Shown piece by piece: positions 32,844 to 41,884 of a DNA stretch of 64,000 bases. A model generated the notes under the pieces. That model saw only the letters and a list, made by a program, of their open reading frames with translations. It was not told the DNA's origin and made no database searches. Location: the NCBI GenBank assembly GCA_022827325.1, contig JAJDTE010000067.1, positions 41,120 through 105,119 on the forward strand, written 5' to 3'. The position numbers and the translations under genes were made by a program. This stretch comes from Gammaproteobacteria bacterium. Its GTDB lineage: Bacteria > Pseudomonadota > Gammaproteobacteria > Arenicellales > Poriferihabitantaceae. How positions within the stretch are numbered: position 1 is the first letter of the stretch; each line of letters opens with the position of its first letter.

Positions 32844-35242
32844 GCAAAGGCCTCTTTCGCGGGCTTGAGGGTGGCGCGGGCCGCGAACCGGGTGCAGGCG
32901 ATCTCGACCTCGAAACCCGGGACGATGGTTTCGCGTGCCAGCCGGTCAAGCGGGGCTGTCAGCATCGCGAGCGCCACAGAACGCCCGAAGCGGTAACTCC
33001 ACGTCGCCGAGGTGATCTGGCCCGCCACGGCGCCGTCGAAAAAGACGGGTTCGTCATGGATGGGGATCGCGTCCGGTTGATCGAACAGGATCGATGCGAT
33101 GCGGCGGGCGGGTTCCTCGGCCCCCCGCAGGGCCTCTTCCCCCACGAAGCCCGATCCCATGGCACAGAATCGGCTGAGTCCGGCCTCGAGTGGTGTCGTG
33201 CCGGGCGTGAGTTCGTGGCCAAAGGCGCGAAAGCCGCTTTCGATCCGCAGGCTGCCACTGGCGTACAGCCCGGCATGGGCGGCGCCCGCGGCCACCAGAC
33301 GTTCATGCGCGGCCATCGCCATTTCAGCGGGAATATAGAGCTCGAATCCCTCTTCGCCGGTATAGCTGAGCCGCCCGGCCCAACCGCGTGCGAGTCCGAT
33401 TTCCACCGGGGCAAAATGAAACCGTTTGAGATCGGGAACCGGAGTGTTTGTCGTGGCCTGCAGTACATCCCGCGCTTGCGCCCCGGCAAGGCCAAGGATC
33501 GCGTAGCCGCTGGTGACATCGACGAATTCAACCCGAAGATTCCCACGGGTTTCCCGGATGCGCTTGAGGCCCCGCACCACTTCGCCCGCGCCGACGATCA
33601 TCAGGTAGCGGTCCGGCCCGTGGCGCTGCACCGTCAGGTCGCTTTCGATTCCTCCGCGCGCGTTCAGGATCTGGGTGTAGGCAATCCGACCCTCGGGAAT
33701 ATCCATCTGCGCGGTGCAAAGCTGATTGAGAAACGCACAGGCATCCGGCCCTTGAATCCAGATTTTGCCGAAGGCGCTCTGATCGAGAATGGCCGCCCCA
33801 TGGCGGCAGGCGTCCACCTCGCGGCCGACCTGTCCGCGCCAGGCGGGCACCCCGAAGGTCAGCGGCAGATGCGCCGCCTCGCCGTCGAAATGCACCGCCC
33901 GTTCCCAGCCGCCCCTGGCCTCGAACCGCGCGCCCGCTGCCAACAGCCCGGCATGCACCGGCGACCGGCGCTGCCCGCGTGCGGTCTCCATCGAGCGCCC
34001 CGGATAGGGATTTTCGTAGTGGCGTCCCAACACTTCGGGGATGCGCGACTCCAGCGCGCCAAGCACATTCATCTCGGGGCCGTAGCGTCGGATGTCGGCC
34101 TCGTTCAGTTCCATCGTTGGCTCACCGGCGATGATCCATTCCGCCATTGCCTTGCCCGCACCACCGGCCAATGCGATGCCGGTGGAGTTCATGCCGCCCA
34201 TCAGGAAAAGCCCCGGCACCTCGGGGCTTTCCCCGAGCATGAACTGGCCGTCAAGGGTAAAGCTCTCCGGCCCGTTCAGCAGCATCCGCACCTCTGCCCG
34301 CTCCAGGGCCGGGATTCGCCGCAGTGCGTTTTCCATCATCGGCATGAAATGATCCCAGTCCTCGTCCAGCAAGTCGAAGCTGAAATCGGCGGGCAGACGA
34401 TCCAGCGGCAGGCCCTTGGCATGCGGTTCGAAACACCCGACCAGCAGTCCCTCGACGTCGTCACGGGCGTAAAGACACCCGTCCTGGTCGTTCAGCGTGG
34501 GCAGATGGGCGCCGGGGCCGAGGGCCTGAATCTCGGGGATGGGCCTGGTCAGTATGTAGAAATGCTCGCAGGCATAGAGCGGCATATCGGCGCCCGCCAT
34601 CGCCGCCACCTCGCGCGACCAGAGCCCGCAGGCAACAACCACCTCCCCGGCCTCGATGACATGGTCACCCACTTCAACGCCCGATATCCGCCCGGATTTC
34701 CTTCGCAGGCCGGTAACTCTTGTGTCCTCAAAGAAGCGCACCCCCTTCGCCTTTGCCCCTTTCGACAGGGCAAGCGCCACATCCGAGGGATTCACCCGCC
34801 CGTCGGCAGGCGACCAGACGGCGCCCATCACGTCATCCGTTTCGATCAGGGGCCACAGGTCCCTGGCGCGGGCGGCATCGACCACCTGCGCTTCCAGCCC
34901 GAAGGCACGGCCCAACGACACCTGCCGTTTGATATTGGTAAGCCGATCCTCATTCGTGGCGAGCGTGAGGCTGCCGGTTTGTACCCAACCCGTGGCCTGC
35001 CCGGTCTCCCGCTCCAACTTGCCGTAGAGGTCCACAGAATAGTCTATGAGCCTGGTCAGTGTGGCCGACGGCCGCAATCTGCGCACCAGTCCTGCGGCAT
35101 GCCACGTGGTGCCCGAGGTCAGTTTGGCACGTTCCAGCACCACGATGTCCTGCCGCCCCTCGCGGGCGAGGTGGTAGGCGACAGAACAACCGATCACACC
35201 GCCACCGATGATGACCGTGCGGGACTGGCCGGGAAGCGTCAC
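32840..35242 (-). CDS. FAD-dependent oxidoreductase fused to aminomethyltransferase (GcvT) fold, dimethylglycine/sarcosine dehydrogenase-like
   Basis: 800 aa. N-terminal dinucleotide-binding motif VIIGGGVIGCSVAYHLA and a DAO domain. The C-terminal GcvT-like folate-binding region contains SYTGEEGFELY. Confidence 0.88.
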   Translation of the reverse strand: MTLPGQSRTVIIGGGVIGCSVAYHLAREGRQDIVVLERAKLTSGTTWHAAGLVRRLRPSATLTRLIDYSVDLYGKLERETGQATGWVQTGSLTLATNEDRLTNIKRQVSLGRAFGLEAQVVDAARARDLWPLIETDDVMGAVWSPADGRVNPSDVALALSKGAKAKGVRFFEDTRVTGLRRKSGRISGVEVGDHVIEAGEVVVACGLWSREVAAMAGADMPLYACEHFYILTRPIPEIQALGPGAHLPTLNDQDGCLYARDDVEGLLVGCFEPHAKGLPLDRLPADFSFDLLDEDWDHFMPMMENALRRIPALERAEVRMLLNGPESFTLDGQFMLGESPEVPGLFLMGGMNSTGIALAGGAGKAMAEWIIAGEPTMELNEADIRRYGPEMNVLGALESRIPEVLGRHYENPYPGRSMETARGQRRSPVHAGLLAAGARFEARGGWERAVHFDGEAAHLPLTFGVPAWRGQVGREVDACRHGAAILDQSAFGKIWIQGPDACAFLNQLCTAQMDIPEGRIAYTQILNARGGIESDLTVQRHGPDRYLMIVGAGEVVRGLKRIRETRGNLRVEFVDVTSGYAILGLAGAQARDVLQATTNTPVPDLKRFHFAPVEIGLARGWAGRLSYTGEEGFELYIPAEMAMAAHERLVAAGAAHAGLYASGSLRIESGFRAFGHELTPGTTPLEAGLSRFCAMGSGFVGEEALRGAEEPARRIASILFDQPDAIPIHDEPVFFDGAVAGQITSATWSYRFGRSVALAMLTAPLDRLARETIVPGFEVEIACTRFAARATLKPAKEAFA

Positions 35243-36528
35243 TCAAACGCCCCGTCGCGGACCATGTCAGACAGCGTTGCGCGAAACGCCCCAAGCGCCT
35301 CGTCGATCAGATCGGGAGTATGGGCAGCAGATGTCAGCCCCGACGTATGGGACATCATGTCCACGCCGTGCGCCAGCATGCCGTCGCGATAGGCGCGGAC
35401 CTGCGCCTTCGGCAGCCCGCGGATCTCGGCGGGGGTCAGGGTATCCGGGCTGCCTCGCCCGAAATACAGGTGGATGACCGAACTGTCGCCATAGGCGAGG
35501 CCCGATATGCCCGATTCGGCCATTGCCGCGTTCATTCCATCGCGCATCCGGGTTGCCATGGCATCGGCCTTGGCCTGCGCTTCCCCTGACGCAAGCAGAG
35601 GCATCGCGGCACAGGCGGCGGCAGCGACCAATGGGGATCCGTTGAATGTGCCCTTGTGGCTGACGGCCGGCGCGAAACCTTCACGCTCCGTGGCATTGTT
35701 CATCAGTTCCATGATCTCGGCCCGTCCGCAGACCGCGCCCCCCGGGAGCCCCCCGGTAACGATCTTGGCCAGGGTGGTCAGGTCCGGCTCGATCCCGTCA
35801 CGTGCCTGACGTCCCCCGGGGGACCAGCGGAACCCGGTAATGATCTCGTCAAAGATCACCACCGCGTTGAAGCGGCGCGCCACGTCGCGAAGGGCGCGCA
35901 GGGTATCCGTGGGCAAGGGCACGCACCCGTAATTCGCCCCGGAAGCCTCGATAATCACGGTGCCGATCCGATCGTCCTGCAATGCGCTTTCCATCGCCCG
36001 GGGGTCGGCGGCGCACACCTGGACCAGATCGTCGATCGCAGCGGGAATGCCCAGGGAAGCGGCCTGGCCGCTTCCGGGTGTTGCCCCTTTCAGCACCTGA
36101 TCGTGCCAGCCATGATAATGGCCGTCCACCCGCAGTACATGCTCCCTGCCCGACCACGCCCGCCCAAGCCGGATGGCCAGCATTGTGGCCTCGGTTCCGG
36201 ATGCCGTGAAACGGGTGCGTTCAGCACAGGGATAAAGCCGGTTGATCCATTCCGCCCAATGAATCTCGGCCTCGTGGCAATCCGCCGAGAAGATCGAGCG
36301 CCCGGCCTGCTTCTGCACGGCCTCCACGATCGCCGGGTGGCAGTGACCCAGCATCTGGCTGGCTGATCCCATCTTGAAGTCGATATAGCGCCGTCCTTCG
36401 GCGTCCCATTTTTCAGCGCCCAATGCCCGGTCTATGAAAATCGGATGCGGTTCGCGAAATCGAAGCTCGTGGCTGATCCCGCCGGGCAGGGCCCTTTTCG
36501 CCCGCAAGGAAAGGGATTTGCTCGTCAT
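35239..36528 (-). CDS. Class-III aminotransferase (glutamate-1-semialdehyde aminomutase-like)
   Basis: 429 aa with RAKRALPGGISH, FTASGTEATMLAIRLGRA and FDEIITGFR. It has 4-nt overlaps with both neighbouring genes. Confidence 0.85.
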   Translation of the reverse strand: MTSKSLSLRAKRALPGGISHELRFREPHPIFIDRALGAEKWDAEGRRYIDFKMGSASQMLGHCHPAIVEAVQKQAGRSIFSADCHEAEIHWAEWINRLYPCAERTRFTASGTEATMLAIRLGRAWSGREHVLRVDGHYHGWHDQVLKGATPGSGQAASLGIPAAIDDLVQVCAADPRAMESALQDDRIGTVIIEASGANYGCVPLPTDTLRALRDVARRFNAVVIFDEIITGFRWSPGGRQARDGIEPDLTTLAKIVTGGLPGGAVCGRAEIMELMNNATEREGFAPAVSHKGTFNGSPLVAAAACAAMPLLASGEAQAKADAMATRMRDGMNAAMAESGISGLAYGDSSVIHLYFGRGSPDTLTPAEIRGLPKAQVRAYRDGMLAHGVDMMSHTSGLTSAAHTPDLIDEALGAFRATLSDMVRDGAFE

Positions 36529-38069
36529 GCGTCTCTCCCGATACGGGCGCGGCTCAGCCGGATATCGAACCGCTCCCGCAAGGCGCGGTCCGTCGCATCA
36601 TCGATGTGGGTTGGGAAATGGGTCCCCAGCACGGCACGGGCCTTTTCGCGGGCCACATCCCCAATGGGACGGGCGCCGTCGTCGGCCCAGTCAGACGGGC
36701 TGCGCCTGTCACCCGCAACCGGATAGAAATAGTCGGATTTCATCCGGTCAAACGTGTGCGTCTCGCCCAGATAGTGCCCCGGTCCCTGGCACACATTGGT
36801 GATGACATCGGCGGCGATGTTATCCGGGGTCGCCTCGACCCCCCTGACCGTCCGCAGGATATTGCCCAGGAGATCGTTGTCACTGACATACCCCTCAAGC
36901 GACACCGCCAGAAGACTGGCATGACTGCCGGCGGCCTGGGTGATGATGTTCGATCCGGCATGGGCCGCGAGCGCCACGGCAAGCGACTTTTCGGCCCCAT
37001 ACTGCGCGTCGAGCGTTTTGGAGTCGGTGATTCCGGCAATCGAACTGGTAGGCAGATCGAAATGCCGTCCCATCTGCGCCGCCGCGGCCATCAGGATTGC
37101 CTGCTCGCCGCCCCCGCCTGACATCGAGCCGGTGCGCAGATCGGCGACCAGGGGCTTCGGGGCGAAGATCGCCATGACCCCGGGATCAACCAGCCGGGCA
37201 AAGACAAGTCCCGCCAGGGTCTCGGCCACCGCCTGTGCCAATGATCCGGCAATGGTTGCCGGGCTTGTCGCGCCTGCCTGGCCTGCGCTGATGAGCTGCA
37301 CCGGAAAACCCGCCCGAATCGCTTCTTCCAGAACCTCGCAGGCTTCTTCGGCAAATCGCATGGGCGGTACGACGTGGCAGACCAGGACCGTCATGAAAGG
37401 CCGGGCGCGGAATGCGGCCTCGTCCCCGGCGATGGCATAGCAGAGATCGGCAATGGGCCGGACGTTTGCAGCCTCGGTGATCGAGATCGACACGTGCTTG
37501 GCCGTACCCGCCAGACAGGCATAGGCCGTATTCAGGTCCATCGCACAATTGTCTTCCACATCCCGCGCGACTACAGGGCGGCTGAAATGGTGGATGTTCT
37601 CCATGGCATCGACGAGCCGTGCGGAATCGTAGAGATCGGCCAGGGTCGATTCACGATATTCGCCGGTGTCGATGTCGAAAATCCCCGGGGCCGCGCCGCC
37701 GGTCGATGTGTGCACCCGGGCATGATCGATCTTCAGATCATGCTCGGGTCTCTGGCCCCGCAGGTGAAACCGCCGGTGGGCCTCTTTGACCGATTGCCGA
37801 ACCAAATCCCTGGGGAACAGCAGCCGTCCCTCGCTGGACAGTTCACCGCCGGCACCGCAGACCATTTCGATCATGGAAGGGATGGCCTGGCTCAAGCCCA
37901 GGGTTTCCAGCAACGTCAGCGCGGCCTCCTCGATCAAGTCCACTTCTGCGGGAGCAAGGGGCTTGAATCGTCCACCGACGACGCCCGGCCAGACAGACAG
38001 GGCATCGTCTTGGGTTTCGGACTGGGACAGGCGCTCCTTGCGACCGCGGCGGCGGGCATTTCTGGACAT
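36525..38069 (-). CDS. Trimethylamine methyltransferase (MttB) superfamily protein, non-pyrrolysine type, copy 1
   Basis: ORF 36525-38111; the likely start is ATG 38069 (MSRNARRRGRK...), which parallels the MMTRSARRR N-terminus of copy 2. The size (~515 aa) and sequence pattern match COG5598/MttB-like proteins. There is no in-frame TAG. Confidence 0.8.
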   Translation of the reverse strand: MSRNARRRGRKERLSQSETQDDALSVWPGVVGGRFKPLAPAEVDLIEEAALTLLETLGLSQAIPSMIEMVCGAGGELSSEGRLLFPRDLVRQSVKEAHRRFHLRGQRPEHDLKIDHARVHTSTGGAAPGIFDIDTGEYRESTLADLYDSARLVDAMENIHHFSRPVVARDVEDNCAMDLNTAYACLAGTAKHVSISITEAANVRPIADLCYAIAGDEAAFRARPFMTVLVCHVVPPMRFAEEACEVLEEAIRAGFPVQLISAGQAGATSPATIAGSLAQAVAETLAGLVFARLVDPGVMAIFAPKPLVADLRTGSMSGGGGEQAILMAAAAQMGRHFDLPTSSIAGITDSKTLDAQYGAEKSLAVALAAHAGSNIITQAAGSHASLLAVSLEGYVSDNDLLGNILRTVRGVEATPDNIAADVITNVCQGPGHYLGETHTFDRMKSDYFYPVAGDRRSPSDWADDGARPIGDVAREKARAVLGTHFPTHIDDATDRALRERFDIRLSRARIGRDA

Positions 38070-38316
38070 TATTTCATGAGAAAAACATTGTCCCAAAGAA
38101 ATAGAAGCCAAATTTCAGTTTCAAATCATAGTACAAAATGAATTTGACCTTTTGCAGGAAATATTGAAATTTATGACTGATAAAGATCAATTGACGACAT
38201 GACATGTACATGGCCATGAGTACTCAGACCACAGATCGAAAAAACGGTTTTCCGCCTTCACCCCGAAACCAGGCGAAAGCGCAGGCAGCGGACCCTCTGC
38301 ACAGGAATTGACCGGG
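38070..38316 (-). promoter_or_regulatory. AT-rich intergenic region inside the catabolic supercluster (probable internal promoter/operator)
   Basis: This is the only long gap (about 250 nt) in an otherwise overlapping gene chain, and it is conspicuously AT-rich at 38075-38200. It contains perfect palindromes TCAATTGA (38187-38194) and CATGTACATG (38203-38212). Confidence 0.4.
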
Positions 38317-40740
38317 TCATCCCCGGCAACGGTGATTTTCGGGATCATAAAATGCCTTTTCCGAGATGGTCGCCCTGCGGCCCTCACCCAATATCTCGAT
38401 TTCGAGATCAAGTCCGGTCAGCGGCACACGGCCCTGGAGGTATCCCAACGCGACCACTTTGCCAATGCGATACCCGCAACTGGCGGAAGTGACATAGCCA
38501 ACACGTTTCCCCCGATGGAGAATCGGATCACCGGGCATGGGTTCGCTGTCCGCAATGTCGACGATCAATCTGACGAATCGCCATTCCGGACCAGCCGCCC
38601 CTTGTCCCAAGACGGCTTCCCGACCGATGAAACCCGTCCTTTGGAGGTCGACATGCTTTTCCAACCCGGCGTCGAACATCGTGTATTCAACACCCAGCTC
38701 AGCCCCCCAGCCGTGATAGGCTTTCTCGATTCTCATGGCGTTCAACGCGTAGGAACCGAAATCGACCAGGCCGTGTCGGGTTCCAGCCTGACAAATCGCC
38801 AGATAGACCTGTTCAAGGTTCTCCGAGGACAGATGCAGTTCCCAGCCGAGTTCACCCACGTATGACACGCGCATCGCGGTGGCGGCAAAGTCTGCAATCC
38901 GAATTTCCTCTACTGACATCCACGGCATGTTTTCTCTCGACAGGTCTGCGTCGCACAAGCCCGACAGCAGATCCCTGGATCCGGGTCCCATCACCATCAG
39001 CACCCCGTCACGTCGGCTTCCGCGACGCAGCTGCACCGAGTCGTCTTCGGGCAGATAGCGGCACAGCCAGTCGTAGTCACGCTGATCGGCGAGAGTTGGC
39101 CCGCACAGCAGATACTGATTCCGGTCCAACCTGGCAATGGTCGCTTCACTCCAGATCCTTCCTTTGGCGGTCAGCATGTATGCGAGCCGGACCCGGCCGA
39201 CTCCGGGCAGGCGCCCGCAGAAGACCCGGGCGAGAAATGCGGTCGATCCCGGACCCTCGATTTCAAACTTGGTAAAGCCGCCGTGATCCATGATCCCGAC
39301 TGCGTCCCGTACCGCCTCGCACTCACGGCGGACCGGGTCACGCCAGGGTTCGATGGTACGGAAACTGAGAAGATCCGAATGGCCCCGATGATCCTGATCG
39401 AACCAGAATGCCCGTTCCCAGCCGGCGATCTGGCCGAATACGGCGCCCCTGTTCCAGAGTGCCTGATACAGCGGTGTTTTCTGCACAGGCCTGCCGGACC
39501 GGATGTTCCGGTTGGGAAATGGAATGGCGTATTGCAAATCATAGAGTTCGACAATGCGCCGCCGGGCATATTCCGGCGTTGCCCAGTCGCCGAAACGCCT
39601 CGGATCCCAGGCGGCATGGTCCCATTCGGTTTCACCTGCAGTAATCCATTCGGCGATCGCCTTGCCGACCGCGGCCGAATGGGTGATGCCGACCTGGATA
39701 CCACAGGCATGATAGAAATCGGGCAGGCCGCCGGCCGGTCCGCAAAGCGGCAGCGCGTCCGGTGAATATGCGATCGGTCCGTTTACAAAACGCTGAATCC
39801 GTATGTCGGCGAGTAGTGAAACATGCACTGCCGCCCGCCCGATCAGGTCTACGATGTCATCGACCGAATCCTCGAACAGGGAATGCGCGAATTCATCGGG
39901 AAGGCCATCAGGAAACGCCAGTCTCCCGGGATGTCCATAGGAGCCGAACAGCAGGCCGGCACGCTCACGGCGCAGGTAAAACCGGATGTCGGGATCGCGC
40001 ACCAACGGGAACAGGGCCTTGTCTTCGTCCAGGGCATCGATCGACTCGGTGACAATATACTGATGCTCGAGTGTTGCGATGGGCAGGCTTTGGCCCGTCA
40101 TAGCCGCAATCCTGTTGCCGTAAAATCCGGTGGCGTTGACGATTGCTTCGCAAACCACCTCTCCCCTGTCGGTTTCCACCACCCATTCTCCACCCGTATT
40201 TCGCCTGATCCCGATCACTGTGGTGAATCGCGCGACCTCGGCGCCGGCGTCACGTCCCCCCTTGGCCAGTGCCTGGGTCAGCTGACTTGGGTCTATATCA
40301 CCCTCGTAAGGATCGTAAATGCCGCCAATCACCGTATCTCCGGCCTTGTAGTATGGATGCAATGCTTCCATTTCAGGCGGGTCCAGCATCGTCAGTTCGT
40401 AGCCTGCCGATTTCGATACACCGACGACATGCCGGAACGAATCCATGCGGTCGCGGGTATGTGCCGGCCAGAATGCGCCGGTATGACGATAGGTGATCGG
40501 AGAGTCCGCCGCTTCAGACAGATTCCGGTAGAGTTGCCAGGCATAGTTGCCGGCGCGCATTCCGAGCCAGCTGTTGGCGTAGGTCGGTACGTTTCCGGCC
40601 GCGTGCCAGGTTGACCCTGAGGTCAACTCGTTTTTTTCAATCAACAGGCAATCGCGGACTCCAGCCAGGCAGAGATGGTACAGGCAGGAAGCGCCGACCA
40701 CGCCGCCGCCGATGATGACCACCCTCGCACCGGTTCTCAC
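38317..40740 (-). CDS. FAD-dependent oxidoreductase fused to GcvT fold, dimethylglycine/sarcosine dehydrogenase-like
   Basis: 807 aa. N-terminal VVIIGGGVVGASCLYHL and a DAO domain. The C-terminal GcvT-like region contains SYVGELGWELH. Confidence 0.88.
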   Translation of the reverse strand: MRTGARVVIIGGGVVGASCLYHLCLAGVRDCLLIEKNELTSGSTWHAAGNVPTYANSWLGMRAGNYAWQLYRNLSEAADSPITYRHTGAFWPAHTRDRMDSFRHVVGVSKSAGYELTMLDPPEMEALHPYYKAGDTVIGGIYDPYEGDIDPSQLTQALAKGGRDAGAEVARFTTVIGIRRNTGGEWVVETDRGEVVCEAIVNATGFYGNRIAAMTGQSLPIATLEHQYIVTESIDALDEDKALFPLVRDPDIRFYLRRERAGLLFGSYGHPGRLAFPDGLPDEFAHSLFEDSVDDIVDLIGRAAVHVSLLADIRIQRFVNGPIAYSPDALPLCGPAGGLPDFYHACGIQVGITHSAAVGKAIAEWITAGETEWDHAAWDPRRFGDWATPEYARRRIVELYDLQYAIPFPNRNIRSGRPVQKTPLYQALWNRGAVFGQIAGWERAFWFDQDHRGHSDLLSFRTIEPWRDPVRRECEAVRDAVGIMDHGGFTKFEIEGPGSTAFLARVFCGRLPGVGRVRLAYMLTAKGRIWSEATIARLDRNQYLLCGPTLADQRDYDWLCRYLPEDDSVQLRRGSRRDGVLMVMGPGSRDLLSGLCDADLSRENMPWMSVEEIRIADFAATAMRVSYVGELGWELHLSSENLEQVYLAICQAGTRHGLVDFGSYALNAMRIEKAYHGWGAELGVEYTMFDAGLEKHVDLQRTGFIGREAVLGQGAAGPEWRFVRLIVDIADSEPMPGDPILHRGKRVGYVTSASCGYRIGKVVALGYLQGRVPLTGLDLEIEILGEGRRATISEKAFYDPENHRCRG

Positions 40741-40742
40741 GA

Positions 40743-41447
40743 CTAGGCTTCATTCAGCAAATGACCGTACCCCGGAACCGCATCCCGGATTCCGGCTGCG
40801 CGCAGGGTCTGCCAGTAAACGGCGGCGTTGCAGGCAATGATGGTTTTCCCGGTTTCCCGCTCGAGTTCCTCGATCAGACCGATCAAGGGCAGGGCAGTGC
40901 CGACCTGTGCGATCGCATCGCAGTCGGAGGCAGCCAGTTCGTGAACCAGTTCGCGAATCCGGGACAGTGGCGTTTCGCAGATAGCCTCCAGGCTGGCCGC
41001 TTCGGTTCCCCTTACCGCAACTGCCTCGAATCCGCCATTCTCGATATTGGTCCTGACCACCCGGTTGACTTCCGCGTTGAACGGGGTGAGCACCGCAATC
41101 CGGCGGGCCCCCACCGCCTGCAGTGCATTCTGGAGTGCGACCGACGCATTGAAAACCGGGATACCCAGCCTGGCGGCCAGCATATCGCAACGGGCCGCCA
41201 GCTTGGCAACACCGTCCGGTCCGGCATCAGTGGTCAGGCCGATTGCCAGGGCCGCCGGTTTCACATCCATCAGTTTTTCCGCTTCTTCCGCCAGGTCGTC
41301 GGATATGTGGCTGCCGCCGAGACGAAAGCGTTGCATTTGATTGGTCACGCCGACGGGACGGAGCAATTCGAGTTCCGGCTGGACTACGCTGTTCATCGCC
41401 GGGGTCATGACGCCGATAATGGCGCGTGGTGCTAGCGTGTCCGGCAT
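40743..41447 (-). CDS. Asp/Glu/hydantoin racemase-superfamily protein (maleate isomerase / arylmalonate decarboxylase / EutA-like)
   Basis: 234 aa. The layout is typical of the COG3473-type family: IGVMTP...N, a central RIAVLTPF and a C-terminal GKTIIACNAAVYWQTLR. The catalytic residues are unclear. Confidence 0.6.
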   Translation of the reverse strand: MPDTLAPRAIIGVMTPAMNSVVQPELELLRPVGVTNQMQRFRLGGSHISDDLAEEAEKLMDVKPAALAIGLTTDAGPDGVAKLAARCDMLAARLGIPVFNASVALQNALQAVGARRIAVLTPFNAEVNRVVRTNIENGGFEAVAVRGTEAASLEAICETPLSRIRELVHELAASDCDAIAQVGTALPLIGLIEELERETGKTIIACNAAVYWQTLRAAGIRDAVPGYGHLLNEA

Positions 41448-41884
41448 TATGCTTTCTCCCGGAGATATTGGTCGAGCGCCAACTGGGCGTCACGGTAGAT
41501 CCTGTCACCAATGATTGATTCGAGTTCGTCGGCATCGGCGGGGTCGCAGTCAAACTCTCCCTGCCAGATCCCGAGCGTTCCGGCACCCTCGGTGATTTCA
41601 ATGAAACGATGGCAGGAAACATAGTTCCTGCATCGCAATGGGGATTCGATGATGTCGTAGACGTAAAAGTGTTCGAGATCCGAATGCGCCAGCAGGGTTT
41701 CCCGAAACTGCGTGCCATCCGCGATGCCGAGCACCCGGATCGATCCGACTTCGGTCGGCGAGCCCGTTTCCATACGTGCGTCCGTGACCCCCGGATTCCA
41801 GTCGGCCACGCGGTCGAAGCGGCGCACGGTGGACCAGACCCTGTCGATGGGCGCATGGATGACTACACTTCGCATTACTCTCAT
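41447..41884 (-). CDS. SRPBCC (START/polyketide cyclase-dehydrase-like) family protein
   Basis: 145 aa. The N-terminus IHAPIDRVWSTVRRFDRVADWNPGV and the overall pattern are typical of SRPBCC ligand-binding proteins. Confidence 0.6.
   Translation of the reverse strand: MRVMRSVVIHAPIDRVWSTVRRFDRVADWNPGVTDARMETGSPTEVGSIRVLGIADGTQFRETLLAHSDLEHFYVYDIIESPLRCRNYVSCHRFIEITEGAGTLGIWQGEFDCDPADADELESIIGDRIYRDAQLALDQYLREKA

Noticed and set aside
28722-32996. Three plus-strand ORFs of 474, 475 and 456 aa (28722-30146, 30156-31583, 31626-32996).
   Set aside because: All three are antisense to the TPP enzyme and dehydrogenase genes, which have clear family motifs. They are GC-driven open frames with biased composition.
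33056-35392. A 778-aa plus-strand ORF, one of the longest in the ORF track.
   Set aside because: It lies entirely antisense to the 800-aa DAO+GcvT dehydrogenase gene and part of the aminotransferase gene. Its translation is Arg/Gly/Pro/Ala/His-rich, low in complexity, and has no recognisable motif. This is a typical shadow ORF of GC-rich DNA.
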